IMG/VR virus record: IMGVR_UViG_3300006127_000012
Location: 1,225 to 65,224 of that record
Length of the DNA stretch: 64,000 nt
From: a virus
Lineage: Duplodnaviria; Caudoviricetes
Strand: one strand, 5' to 3'
Position 1 is the stretch's first letter, and each line of letters begins with the position of its first letter. The notes under the pieces were generated by a model that was not told the origin of the DNA, ran no database searches, and saw nothing but the letters and a program-made list of their open reading frames with translations. The position numbers and the translations under genes were made by a program. Positions 1 through 8,663 of the stretch are shown here, piece after piece.

Positions 1-162
1 ATCAGTCGACTTGATGCCATTATAGAATTGAATTTTTGTTTTGATTTCAAGCTCAGAAACAGATACACCAGTCAGACCTTCACAAGCAAACCGACAAACT
101 TTGTGGAATTTGTTAATGTCTAGAGGCTCTTTACTACCATTACGTTTAATAACTTGGATCAT
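1..162 (-). CDS. nrdA: Ribonucleotide reductase alpha subunit, N-terminal ATP-cone (runs off the window edge)
   Basis: Manual translation from ATG at 162: MIQVIKRNGSKEPLDINKFHKVCRFACEGLTGVSVSELEIKTKIQFYNGIKSTD, a typical class Ia NrdA ATP-cone start. Not in the ORF track. Confidence 0.9.
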   Translation of the reverse strand, partial: MIQVIKRNGSKEPLDINKFHKVCRFACEGLTGVSVSELEIKTKIQFYNGIKSTD

Positions 163-202
163 TATTTCTATTCCCTATCTCGCTAATATTCAACTGATAC
201 TA

Positions 203-430
203 CTAAGTCTCTTTGTGCTTTTGAAGGTACCATGTATCGTCATCGCCCTGATGCCACTCCAGAAGAGTATCGATATCCCATCCCATCTGATTAAGCACAC
301 CATCTGGTATTACTATATATAGCTCGCCGTTTTCAGACTCTTGAACCGTCAGCCTCGTGGTGCTATCTTCAAGATTGGTCATCGAGTGCTCTAATCTTTC
401 AAAGTGTTTGTTTAGCTCTTCGTTGGTCAC
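203..430 (-). CDS. Small AbrB/MazE/SpoVT-like protein
   Basis: GELYIVIPDGVLNQMGWDIDTLLEW resembles the swapped-hairpin AbrB motif. A GGAGG RBS precedes GTG at 430, so the start is shortened from the track's 478. Confidence 0.6.
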   Translation of the reverse strand: MTNEELNKHFERLEHSMTNLEDSTTRLTVQESENGELYIVIPDGVLNQMGWDIDTLLEWHQGDDDTWYLQKHKET

Positions 431-502
431 AATACCTCCACGATAGCAGGGAATCTTTCGGTGATGATTTCCCAGCATTGTTCTGCTACAACACGATGTT
501 TC

Positions 503-531
503 ATTATATTATACCTTTCCAAAAATGTCAA
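503..531 (-). promoter_or_regulatory. Consensus sigma70-type promoter TTGACA-N17-TATAAT
   Basis: Reverse strand reads TTGACA tttttggaaaggtataa TATAAT and points to the AbrB-like gene and nrdA. Confidence 0.85.
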
Positions 532-533
532 CA

Positions 534-541
534 TATAAATA
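534..541 (+). promoter_or_regulatory. T4-type late promoter TATAAATA for the HNH gene
   Basis: Exact TATAAATA about 60 nt upstream of the HNH ATG, back-to-back with the sigma70 promoter. Confidence 0.8.
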
Positions 542-546
542 GGAGT

Positions 547-575
547 GTAGGTCACGGAGTACCAGTCCCACCTAC
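547..575 (+). promoter_or_regulatory. Hairpin in the HNH 5' leader
   Basis: GTAGGT(547-552)/ACCTAC(570-575) outer stem with an inner GGA/TCC stem, between the late promoter and the AGGAG RBS. Confidence 0.45.
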
Positions 576-601
576 TCTAACACTTTACAGGAGTATCAGC
601 C

Positions 602-1201
602 ATGTGTATTTATTGTGGAACCAATAGCTATCGCAAAATCTGGACTCGACATTTCGGTCCTATTCCTAAAGATGAGAATGGTAGATCATACGAGATTCAT
701 CATATAGACGGCAATCGTAAGAACAACGATATTTCCAACTTAGTTTGCATAACGATACAAGAACACTATAACATACATTATTCTCAAGGAGATTATGGTG
801 CGTGTTCGGCTATTTTGATAAGAATGCATAAAGACCCAATATTAGTTTCAACCTTGTTGAAAGAAATGAATAGACAAAAGGTATTAGAGGGCAAACATAA
901 CTTTCAAACTTTAGCACCAGAAAAACGAATAGAGAACGCTAAAAATGCTGTTAGAATACAAATTGAAACAGGAAAGAACGTTCTTGTTGGTCCAGATAAC
1001 AACAATAGATTAAAAGAATTGGGAATACATCCTTTAGTTGGAGGAGAAGCATCCAAAAAAGGAGTTCAATCCCAACTAAAGAACGGCGATCACGCATCTC
1101 AAAGAGTTTATTCTTGTAACTTATGTAACAAAACGATAAAAGGTGCAGCAAACTATAAAAGACACAAAACTTTCTGTGAAAAGAATCAAACAGTTTTATA
1201 G
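602..1201 (+). CDS. Free-standing HNH homing endonuclease
   Basis: YEIHHIDGNRKNNDISNLVCITIQEH HNH motif, N-terminal CIYC, C-terminal CNLC...HKTFC zinc finger. Opposite strand to its neighbours and overlaps the thyX stop. Confidence 0.9.
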   Translation: MCIYCGTNSYRKIWTRHFGPIPKDENGRSYEIHHIDGNRKNNDISNLVCITIQEHYNIHYSQGDYGACSAILIRMHKDPILVSTLLKEMNRQKVLEGKHNFQTLAPEKRIENAKNAVRIQIETGKNVLVGPDNNNRLKELGIHPLVGGEASKKGVQSQLKNGDHASQRVYSCNLCNKTIKGAANYKRHKTFCEKNQTVL

Positions 1202-1878
1202 TTGTCTGATATAACAGATTCAAGATATTCGCGCATATCTGGAAAACGTTCAACAATAATTTCAGTTATTTGTTCTGCTACTATACGGTGTTCTTTCTGC
1301 GTAGCAGGATGATTTCTTACACCAATATAGTGAACAAAACTACGAAGTGAACCTGACATAATAAGCACAGATTCCATCATACCCTCCGGCAGTACTCCTC
1401 TTGCAACTTCCTTGGCAATGCCGTGTTCAATAGCCCACTTGTATGCTTTGGTTGCAAGATTTTGAACTGATTCCTGAGCACCAAGCCATTGATTTTCTAG
1501 CTCTTCATCATCTACATCAATACTATTTTGGCGATTCTTTACGTCTTGGAGTCGGGCTTCTCGTGCAATAAATCCCAAATCTTTCGTTGGATCTGCATAT
1601 CGCTGAGAGTACTCTTGGAAAGAGAACGAGCGGTGTCTAAGAATCTGTCGAGCAATATCGCGTGTTGTTTTAATTTCCAAGGATACATGGACCATCTCCA
1701 AAGGTGACCAGTGATTGTGTGTGATCAGATACTTCAGCAACTTCGGTGCTGTCTGTGTGTTGTTCTGATTAGCAGGATTAGAAACTCGGGCACACCATCC
1801 AATAAGTTCCTGTGCGGTCTTGCAACCAGTATATTCTTCATTCGGCTGAGTAATGCCTACCAAATTAACACTGCTCAC
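1186..1878 (-). CDS. thyX: FAD-dependent thymidylate synthase
   Basis: RHRSFSFQEYSQRY (RHRx7SxR signature), HWSPLE, AR.VLP motifs. Confidence 0.97.
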   Translation of the reverse strand: MSSVNLVGITQPNEEYTGCKTAQELIGWCARVSNPANQNNTQTAPKLLKYLITHNHWSPLEMVHVSLEIKTTRDIARQILRHRSFSFQEYSQRYADPTKDLGFIAREARLQDVKNRQNSIDVDDEELENQWLGAQESVQNLATKAYKWAIEHGIAKEVARGVLPEGMMESVLIMSGSLRSFVHYIGVRNHPATQKEHRIVAEQITEIIVERFPDMREYLESVISDNYKTV

Positions 1879-2027
1879 AGAGCCTCAACCCTCTTAATCT
1901 TGGCTTCAAGTTCTCCAATATCTCGGAGAAAAATAGCCTTCATATCCTCAGCTGTGCATCCCTTATATTTGCGCCTCAGATCTTCCAAGACACGATTATG
2001 ATGCTTAATTAAATTTTCCTTACTCAA
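1875..2027 (-). CDS. Small hypothetical protein (50 aa)
   Basis: Manual translation from TTG: (L/M)SKENLIKHHNRVLEDLRRKYKGCTAEDMKAIFLRDIGELEAKIKRVEAL. It overlaps the upstream stop and its TGA overlaps the thyX GTG, filling the gap exactly. Confidence 0.65.
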   Translation of the reverse strand: MSKENLIKHHNRVLEDLRRKYKGCTAEDMKAIFLRDIGELEAKIKRVEAL

Positions 2028-2286
2028 GATTAAATTCCTTCACTGTTTGGAATTGCGCCTTACTTACATAACCAATATCACGAAGATGATCAACGCGAAT
2101 GGAAGCATCTGAATATTCAACATAGGTGCCATCGTCAAACCACCACCAGCGGTCAAGACTCAATGGCCAACGAGGTTCGCGGCGATATTCAACCAGCCAC
2201 ATCCCATTTGTTCTATGAATTCTTAGTTTTTTGATTTTAATATGGTCGAATTCTACACCATATTCGTTTGCGACAAGTTCGCTCAT
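2020..2286 (-). CDS. Hypothetical protein
   Basis: 88-aa ORF coupled to the primase stop by a 4-nt overlap. Confidence 0.7.
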   Translation of the reverse strand: MSELVANEYGVEFDHIKIKKLRIHRTNGMWLVEYRREPRWPLSLDRWWWFDDGTYVEYSDASIRVDHLRDIGYVSKAQFQTVKEFNLE

Positions 2287-3296
2287 ACCTTACTCCATGT
2301 AGACATTCTCATCTTAGCATTTAATTCATTATAACTGTTTTGATTAATTAAGTCAAGCAGTTTATTTGAATCATAGCCAGACTTGACCATGTCGTTAATA
2401 TCTTTCTGTTCAAGTTCATCTGGCCAAAAACAAACTGTAAATCCTTTGTCGATAGCCTTGTTCATACGTTTTACGATATCTTTATTTCTTGGCTCGTTAT
2501 CAAAAATGATTACCGATTTCTCTTTATTCAACCAGCTCATATCAACATCAGCGCCAGCCATCGCAAGGCTGTTAGGTAAGAACAAACTGTCAATCGGTCC
2601 CTCAACTATATAGACCGTCTTCTCTAGATCAACCTGATCAAGCCCAAAGATCTTTACGTGGTCGCCACGAACCATGATCGAATAATAGCGAACCTTGGAA
2701 TTTGGATCAAAAGATCGCCCCTGATATCCAAACATATTCCCATCTCGATCAAAGAACGGAATGACCAACCGAGGCTCATCGTCTTTCGACAAGTCAAACT
2801 TGTCAGGGATAATGCTGTTGGTCCACTCACAGAACTTTGGCACATAATAGAGACGAAAATGCTGGCTATGCGGAATCATACGCTTTTCCACATAGACCTT
2901 AGCAGGATGACCGACTCGAAGCTGGCTAATTTTCTTCAGCTTCTTGAGAGGAAGATTGGCATCTTTGGTGAGATATTTGTGCACCACAGGAGTAGGCGCA
3001 AGCGGAGACATGGCTCTGGTTTCAGAGAAAATCTCGAGGTCATACTCTTTCTTTAGCGGAGGATCAAGAATCTTCAGAAGGCTGGCCACACTGCGAGTTT
3101 CTCCGCAGTTGTGGCACTTCATCAGAATATGGTCTTTCTGCTGAAAGTAGTATGCTCTTTTCTTATAGGGATTTTTCTTAGAGTCGCCGCACAGGGGGCA
3201 GCGAGAATTAGCAACGAATGGGTTAGTCGCTTTTACTGTGTAGAGAGGAATTCTACCAGACAGCATTCCAAGGTATTTTGCATCAATCCAATACAT
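2283..3296 (-). CDS. gp61: DNA primase
   Basis: RCPLCGDS...CHNC zinc finger, TOPRIM VEGPIDSLF and DNEPRN motifs, KDINDM; T4 gp61 layout. Confidence 0.96.
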   Translation of the reverse strand: MYWIDAKYLGMLSGRIPLYTVKATNPFVANSRCPLCGDSKKNPYKKRAYYFQQKDHILMKCHNCGETRSVASLLKILDPPLKKEYDLEIFSETRAMSPLAPTPVVHKYLTKDANLPLKKLKKISQLRVGHPAKVYVEKRMIPHSQHFRLYYVPKFCEWTNSIIPDKFDLSKDDEPRLVIPFFDRDGNMFGYQGRSFDPNSKVRYYSIMVRGDHVKIFGLDQVDLEKTVYIVEGPIDSLFLPNSLAMAGADVDMSWLNKEKSVIIFDNEPRNKDIVKRMNKAIDKGFTVCFWPDELEQKDINDMVKSGYDSNKLLDLINQNSYNELNAKMRMSTWSKV

Positions 3297-3325
3297 CTTA
3301 TTCCGATCATTAAGGGGACATTCCC

Positions 3326-3354
3326 ATTCTACCTGATCTAGAAATAAAGTAAAG
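3326..3354 (-). promoter_or_regulatory. Phage early/middle-type promoter CTTTAC-N17-TAGAAT
   Basis: GCTTTACTTTATTTCTAGATCAGGTAGAAT upstream of primase; the motif recurs at several other gene starts. Confidence 0.7.
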
Positions 3355-3368
3355 CAATTACTTGAGTG

Positions 3369-3719
3369 TCACCACAAATAAAGTAGACAACTTTGCAAGA
3401 AATAACCAGCGGCTGTGGCGATGCCGACAACGATCCAGCGCCACTTATCAAGTCCACTGAGCTTGTCGTCAATCTTCTTCAGCATTTCGTTTTGTGAAGT
3501 GATTTGCTTTTCCAAATCAGTCTTCAGAGACTGAATATCTTCTTTCAGCTCTGATCTTAAATCTTCCATACGATCATAGATCTTTCCATTGCTGGAAATA
3601 TTTTCTTCCCTATGTCTGTCCATAGCAGCTGAGAGTTTGTCCAGAGAAGTATTCGCTCTTTCCATATCTTTTTCAAGCAAAGAAATTCTGACGGTGGCTG
3701 ACGATGACTTCTCAACCAT
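3369..3719 (-). CDS. Coiled-coil protein with a C-terminal transmembrane segment
   Basis: Heptad-rich body followed by WRWIVVGIATAAGYFL; TGATG coupling to the upstream gene. Confidence 0.65.
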   Translation of the reverse strand: MVEKSSSATVRISLLEKDMERANTSLDKLSAAMDRHREENISSNGKIYDRMEDLRSELKEDIQSLKTDLEKQITSQNEMLKKIDDKLSGLDKWRWIVVGIATAAGYFLQSCLLYLW

Positions 3720-4543
3720 CACTTTTCTTTCTGCTTATTCAGAAGTTGATTACCGATCTGGAGAAATCTCTTCTTTGAATCCTTAGCAAACCCAGTTGGA
3801 TTTGGGTGAGTCGATGCGTTAGCCTTGACGATTTCTTTTTGTGCAGCAACAGTGTCTTCAGCAAATTCAGTTTCTTCTTTGAAATCTTTTGGATCATACT
3901 TCTTTTTGAAATGTCCAAATCTAGAAAGAATCTCTTTGTTTGCCGCATCAGGTCTAGCCTTGTCGTTATGAATGTCAGCAATGTGACGACCATGTGGAGA
4001 GTCAAGGAAATGTTTCACCATTACGTTTGGTTGTCTGGCGTCTTGGAGATGACCGTGTGCAGTCAGAAGTCTCTTAGCTTGGCTGTGAGCAGCTGCATAC
4101 TTTTTTGAGCGATCGGCGTCATCTGAAGCATTGATTGTTCCGTGGTAACCATAGGTAAGATTCCCGGACTTTACAGCTTCCGAAACATCTTCTTTCGTCA
4201 TGAAATTTTGTGCAGGAGCAGGAGCCATATTGGCTGTATCAGTTACGCGACGAAGAGTCTTTGCTGCATCATCAACCATCTTCTTTCTAGTAATTGGTGT
4301 TGCATTACCGCCACCCGACGTAGCACCTTTGGTATCCGAATAGTGTTGATCGCCACCCATTTCGTCAATCTGAGTTTCTTCAGGCATCACTTCGCGCACG
4401 CGACCCTGTCTTGCACCAAGAGAAGCTGGAGCTTTCTTTTTGATCTGCTTCTCGATTGGGCTTTGACCGCCGGAAGTGGTTGTTGTCGCCATAGCTCCAC
4501 CAGTTGCTACGCCATCTTCGTGGAATTGTCTGAACGTCTTCAT
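3719..4543 (-). CDS. Putative internal head protein with a capsid-targeting-like N-terminus
   Basis: Starts MKTFRQFHE, like T4 internal proteins (MKTYQEFIAE, MKTFKEF); several xxE-delimited segments. Confidence 0.6.
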   Translation of the reverse strand: MKTFRQFHEDGVATGGAMATTTTSGGQSPIEKQIKKKAPASLGARQGRVREVMPEETQIDEMGGDQHYSDTKGATSGGGNATPITRKKMVDDAAKTLRRVTDTANMAPAPAQNFMTKEDVSEAVKSGNLTYGYHGTINASDDADRSKKYAAAHSQAKRLLTAHGHLQDARQPNVMVKHFLDSPHGRHIADIHNDKARPDAANKEILSRFGHFKKKYDPKDFKEETEFAEDTVAAQKEIVKANASTHPNPTGFAKDSKKRFLQIGNQLLNKQKEK

Positions 4544-4932
4544 ATTTTTTGCAACACCTTCTTTATATTATCGTCGCCAACAATGTCGACGCAGTTGATG
4601 GATCTACAATCGTAGTGAATATTCTCGACAACCTTGGGAAGATAGCCCAAGAATTCTAGAAATGGCTTCAAATACACATGATGTTCATGTAAACGGAAGA
4701 ACAACATTCTGGTCGCAGGAACAACACCGAATACATTATACAGCACGATAATATGATTAATTATCAATCGTTCTTTTAATTCGTTAGTTTCTTTATATTT
4801 ATTGAACAATCTTTTGAGGTATTTGAACCTTTTGAGATCGGACATGAATTCTTCAGTGTCAAAACATTCAGGATTATCATAATGTTTTGCCGCATATAAT
4901 ATAAAGGTAGTTTCATCAATTTTTTCAAACAT
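4540..4932 (-). CDS. Conserved T4-like phage hypothetical protein
   Basis: FILYAAKHYDNP...FMSDLKRFKYLKRLF...ERLIINHIIVLYNVFG is a recurring T4-like phage family. Start moved to ATG 4932, directly after the upstream stop. Confidence 0.75.
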   Translation of the reverse strand: MFEKIDETTFILYAAKHYDNPECFDTEEFMSDLKRFKYLKRLFNKYKETNELKERLIINHIIVLYNVFGVVPATRMLFFRLHEHHVYLKPFLEFLGYLPKVVENIHYDCRSINCVDIVGDDNIKKVLQKI

Positions 4933-4933
4933 A

Positions 4934-5401
4934 TCAATTACCGATTTTTCGGTATACTCCGCTATAAGCAACCCATGTATAAACTTCGCCCTTTGATGTC
5001 AAACTGGTGACAGTATCAACAACTCCACCCGTAGCTCGTTCAATAGTCGTTACAGAAGTATTACTGGTGGTAACAATTATGCTATATGTGCCAGGATCAA
5101 CGCATTTAACTGTAAAGACCTTATTGTTTGCGCCAGCAGGAAGAGTAACAAGAATATCACTTCCTGTTGCGCTTGCATCACACAAAAGAATATCATGAGA
5201 AAGATTTGCTGTAAACGTAGCTGTAGAAACATAATTTACAGCTCTGGTGCTGGCAATCTTGTTTGACACATAAGTGTATAATGCATTGGATTGGAGGACG
5301 TATGTATTACCATCCGCCCTCTCAATCGCAAACAGATCAGTATCAGCGACACTAGAAGTGTTTGAAGTCTTATAGATGTCGCTATACTTTTTACCAGCCA
5401 T
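4934..5401 (-). CDS. Putative virion structural protein
   Basis: T/S/V-rich beta-type sequence (ILLCDASA...LVTLPA) in the late block. Confidence 0.55.
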   Translation of the reverse strand: MAGKKYSDIYKTSNTSSVADTDLFAIERADGNTYVLQSNALYTYVSNKIASTRAVNYVSTATFTANLSHDILLCDASATGSDILVTLPAGANNKVFTVKCVDPGTYSIIVTTSNTSVTTIERATGGVVDTVTSLTSKGEVYTWVAYSGVYRKIGN

Positions 5402-5413
5402 TTTATTTACTCA

Positions 5414-6553
5414 TTAAGCCAGAGTCGAACCGCCGCCAACACCAGAGTTGTTGTTGTTTGCCATCTTGTGTACAGCAGCAAGAACTTCATACTGCTTGCG
5501 ATTCGAACGACCACCAGTTGTGGTGACGTTGATTGAACCGCCTGTCGAGGCGACAAGGTTTGCAGATGTGAAAGTTGCACCCGAACCTGTTCCGTTAGCA
5601 ACACCGTTAGCAGCATAAATCTTGACCACAACCTGTGTGTTCGAAGTTGTGTTAGCAAAGATGCCTGTGTTGCTGAAGGTGAAGGTCAGAGAACCACCAG
5701 TTGCGTTTGTCGAAACGTTGGCTGTTGCGTTGATGATCGAGTTCGAAACAACAACATAGTCTGTGTTCGAGTAGCCTGTTGCAGTACCTGTGTAGTTGAT
5801 GTTTGCAGCGTGCTTCTCACGGTTGAAGCCCGTGACAACGTGTGTGTTGGTGAAGAAGCCTGCACCACCATAGTTGATGGTTGCAGAAACAAGGTTACCA
5901 GTTGCGTTTGTTGTCAGAGTTGCTGTGCCGTTAGCCGAACCATTCGAGATGGTAAGAGTATCGCCATTCGAGAAGCCAGCACCTGCTGTGACAGTCAGAC
6001 CAGTTACTGGACCTGTGCCGCGCTTTTCGAGAATCCAACCTGGAGTCAGACCAGGTGAAGTTCCTGTATTGGTGACAATTGCCTGAATCTCGTCTGTCGA
6101 TACGCCGTAGATGCCTTCGATGACATTGTTCTGAAAAGCACCTTCAACAGTGTTGGCATACATTTCAGCACCAGAAACGCGCTGATCAAATGTTACAGCA
6201 AACCCTGTTGTAGTTGTGTTACCGGTTGCTGTACCATATGTCGTGTTAGTGATTGCAAACTGAGCATTCGAAGCACCAACACTAAAAGATCCTGGAAGAA
6301 TCTTGTATGTGCTTTGAATGTAGCCAGTTGCGTTAGTTGTTAGACCAAGAACGCCGTTGGCATAAGTTGTTCCTGGAGTTCCGACAGAAACAACCAGAAT
6401 ATCTGTGTTGTTATAGCCAGCACCACTTGGAATCGTCACCTTGGCTGCTAGGCCAAGATGCTCGTATTGTGTAGCGTAATTCTTTGGACCAGCAAGAACA
6501 CCCTTATACTGTGGTGCGTTATTTGCTTCGTCCTTGTTTCCCCATAAAGCCAT
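5414..6553 (-). CDS. Virion structural protein (fibre/decoration-like)
   Basis: MALWGNKD start; G/T/N-rich repeats (VTAGAGFSNGD, NYGGAGF) typical of T4-like virion appendage proteins. Confidence 0.65.
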   Translation of the reverse strand: MALWGNKDEANNAPQYKGVLAGPKNYATQYEHLGLAAKVTIPSGAGYNNTDILVVSVGTPGTTYANGVLGLTTNATGYIQSTYKILPGSFSVGASNAQFAITNTTYGTATGNTTTTGFAVTFDQRVSGAEMYANTVEGAFQNNVIEGIYGVSTDEIQAIVTNTGTSPGLTPGWILEKRGTGPVTGLTVTAGAGFSNGDTLTISNGSANGTATLTTNATGNLVSATINYGGAGFFTNTHVVTGFNREKHAANINYTGTATGYSNTDYVVVSNSIINATANVSTNATGGSLTFTFSNTGIFANTTSNTQVVVKIYAANGVANGTGSGATFTSANLVASTGGSINVTTTGGRSNRKQYEVLAAVHKMANNNNSGVGGGSTLA

Positions 6554-6556
6554 TTC

Positions 6557-7225
6557 TTATTCCTCCGTCTTATATTTATTGAAGTAGTCGACCACGTTCA
6601 TTTGACCTCTTTCGACATTCATCCAATCATTTCTTTGTTCGGGAGTAACAATACTCAGATTAGAAGATTCGAGGTAGATTTGACGAAGTTCAAATGTTTT
6701 CTTCATAACTTCCATTACCGCAGCCTCAACCGCAGGAACACGCTTTACAGCAGGAGTTGAGTTATAGGCTTCGCCAGTTTTGCCAGCAGAGATGTGAGTC
6801 GAAGTGCCAGTTGCAGGAGAAGGACCAGTGGTTGGCTTGCTTGACTTCTTGTAGACTTCACCAGTCTTTGACTGTGCAATCTGGTCAGCGCCACCCATCG
6901 AAGTGTCGGTCATGCAGGCATCTGTTTCTTCCTTGGTCAACTTATCAGCTGCTTTCTGTATACCTGTCATGCGCTTAACGGCTTTATTGACAAGTTTATG
7001 TCCTTCTGCTTCGCCATCAGCATTGTTTCTAGCTAAAGCCATACCGCCGCCAATTCCTTTACCAAGGACTTGAGTTGATGCCTTCTTAACATATGAACCA
7101 AGTGCTTTTTTACCTGCTGGTGTATCGCCGATTTCATGAAGATCTTCAGCGCTTTCCTTCACGCCACGCAGTCTGGCAACGACTGCTTCAGCAATTCTTT
7201 TACTGCGATTACTATATTCCGACAT
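6557..7225 (-). CDS. Hypothetical late protein (possible head-associated)
   Basis: Late-promoter-like AATAAATA at 7250-7257; LHEIGDTPAGKKALGSYVKKA module after a Glu site. Confidence 0.6.
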   Translation of the reverse strand: MSEYSNRSKRIAEAVVARLRGVKESAEDLHEIGDTPAGKKALGSYVKKASTQVLGKGIGGGMALARNNADGEAEGHKLVNKAVKRMTGIQKAADKLTKEETDACMTDTSMGGADQIAQSKTGEVYKKSSKPTTGPSPATGTSTHISAGKTGEAYNSTPAVKRVPAVEAAVMEVMKKTFELRQIYLESSNLSIVTPEQRNDWMNVERGQMNVVDYFNKYKTEE

Positions 7226-7260
7226 AATTGTCTCCCGAATTTATTTGTCTATTTATTTAT

Positions 7261-8652
7261 TTAATGGCGATACTTGACGACTTCACTACCACCACCCTGC
7301 GATGAAGGCAGAGGCTCAGACACAGCCTTTTTGAACGCTTCATGAGAGGCGCTAGCTTTTTTCTGGAAAGCAGCCTTTTCTTGAGTTGTTTTGCGAGCAG
7401 CCATATGGTCTTCGAATTTACCTACGTGAGAAGGATGCACCTCATGCTTTTCGCCATTATCAAAAGTCACAGGAGCATTGATTGACTTTGCTTTACGTAG
7501 TTGCATGCCAAGAGCTACTGGCTCTTCCTTTGGCTTACCTGCTGCGTCTGCAGCCTGACGACGATGCCAAGCAGCCGAACCTTCCTTTGGTGGACGACCG
7601 CGACCTTCTTCAAGCTCAGCTTCTTCTTTCATCTCTCCTGATAGATAATCAGAAGCAGTCTGAATATAATCCGCAGCTAGCGTAATCTTCAACTGAACCC
7701 ATTCAGGGAGATTTGTTTCTGGCTTGAGCATTGACTTCAGCTCACCAATATGATGCATCATCTGAGCGAGCTGATTCAGAGCCATGTCGCCTTCATAGTC
7801 ATACTCATGCGAGTCTTTTGATTCGCCAATTTTCTTGGCAATCTCATGAGCTTTATTGATTGTTGATTTCTTGAGAGGAGGAGTGTCGCCAGTTGACTTT
7901 TCAGCAGCAGCCATTCCTACAGCATATGGATTCTTGACGCCTTCAGCAAGTTCTACTTCTTCATGCATTGCATGAACGCTATATTTTCCGCCGACACGAT
8001 CAACCATATTGCCACGTGCAGCGTGAGCATCAGCCTTTGACTTATCGCTGAAGGTCTTTTGAGAATCGCTCCAGTTGCCATCCTTACCCTTATACTTCAC
8101 AACCCACATTTTCTCGGCTGTGCCTTCAGCAAGCTGAGTTTCTTCATTCATTTGTTTTTGCGCTTGAGTTTGGTCTTGGTTTTGTTTTTGTGCCTGTTGT
8201 GCAGTAGCAGATGCACCAGAAGTTGAAGTTTGTTTTGTCTTAGTGGTAGCAGCGGAACTTGAACTTGCCTTTCCTCCTGTTGCAGTAGTAGTTGGGCTAG
8301 CTGAAACATCACCAGCAGTTTGGTTAATGTATTTGTCAAACAATTCAACTCGCAGCTTGGCGAAGCTAATACGCTTACCAGTTTCTTCCTTGATTGGCTT
8401 CAGGTCATCATGGTGGCAAACCAGATTTGTTCCATCACGATCCATCGACACAACATACATATTGTTCTTGTCGTCGTAATGGTCAATATTGCCCTTGCCC
8501 TCGTATCCGTCTTTCTTGACTTCTACACGTGCGCCTCTCTTATACATACCATCAGTATGGAGAGCGCCATCAACTTCAGATCTTTGGTCCTGGTGATCTG
8601 CAGCAGTGCTTTCGCTGAGCAGGTTCATAATTGCTTTGCCAAGTTTAGTCAT
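7261..8652 (-). CDS. Modular Glu-delimited late protein (putative internal head polyprotein)
   Basis: Segments separated by EET/EEVELAE/EEAELEE; includes HEYDYEGDMA...LPEWVQLKIT and KNPYAVGMAAA modules and a T/S/Q-rich linker. Confidence 0.6.
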   Translation of the reverse strand: MTKLGKAIMNLLSESTAADHQDQRSEVDGALHTDGMYKRGARVEVKKDGYEGKGNIDHYDDKNNMYVVSMDRDGTNLVCHHDDLKPIKEETGKRISFAKLRVELFDKYINQTAGDVSASPTTTATGGKASSSSAATTKTKQTSTSGASATAQQAQKQNQDQTQAQKQMNEETQLAEGTAEKMWVVKYKGKDGNWSDSQKTFSDKSKADAHAARGNMVDRVGGKYSVHAMHEEVELAEGVKNPYAVGMAAAEKSTGDTPPLKKSTINKAHEIAKKIGESKDSHEYDYEGDMALNQLAQMMHHIGELKSMLKPETNLPEWVQLKITLAADYIQTASDYLSGEMKEEAELEEGRGRPPKEGSAAWHRRQAADAAGKPKEEPVALGMQLRKAKSINAPVTFDNGEKHEVHPSHVGKFEDHMAARKTTQEKAAFQKKASASHEAFKKAVSEPLPSSQGGGSEVVKYRH

Positions 8653-8663
8653 TAGGTTCTCCG

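Noticed and set aside
3326-3356. TGCTTTA resembles the T4 MotA box
   Set aside because: The distance to the -10 hexamer is about 18 nt, not the 11-13 nt of MotA promoters. It fits a -35 position instead, and no motA gene is visible in the window.
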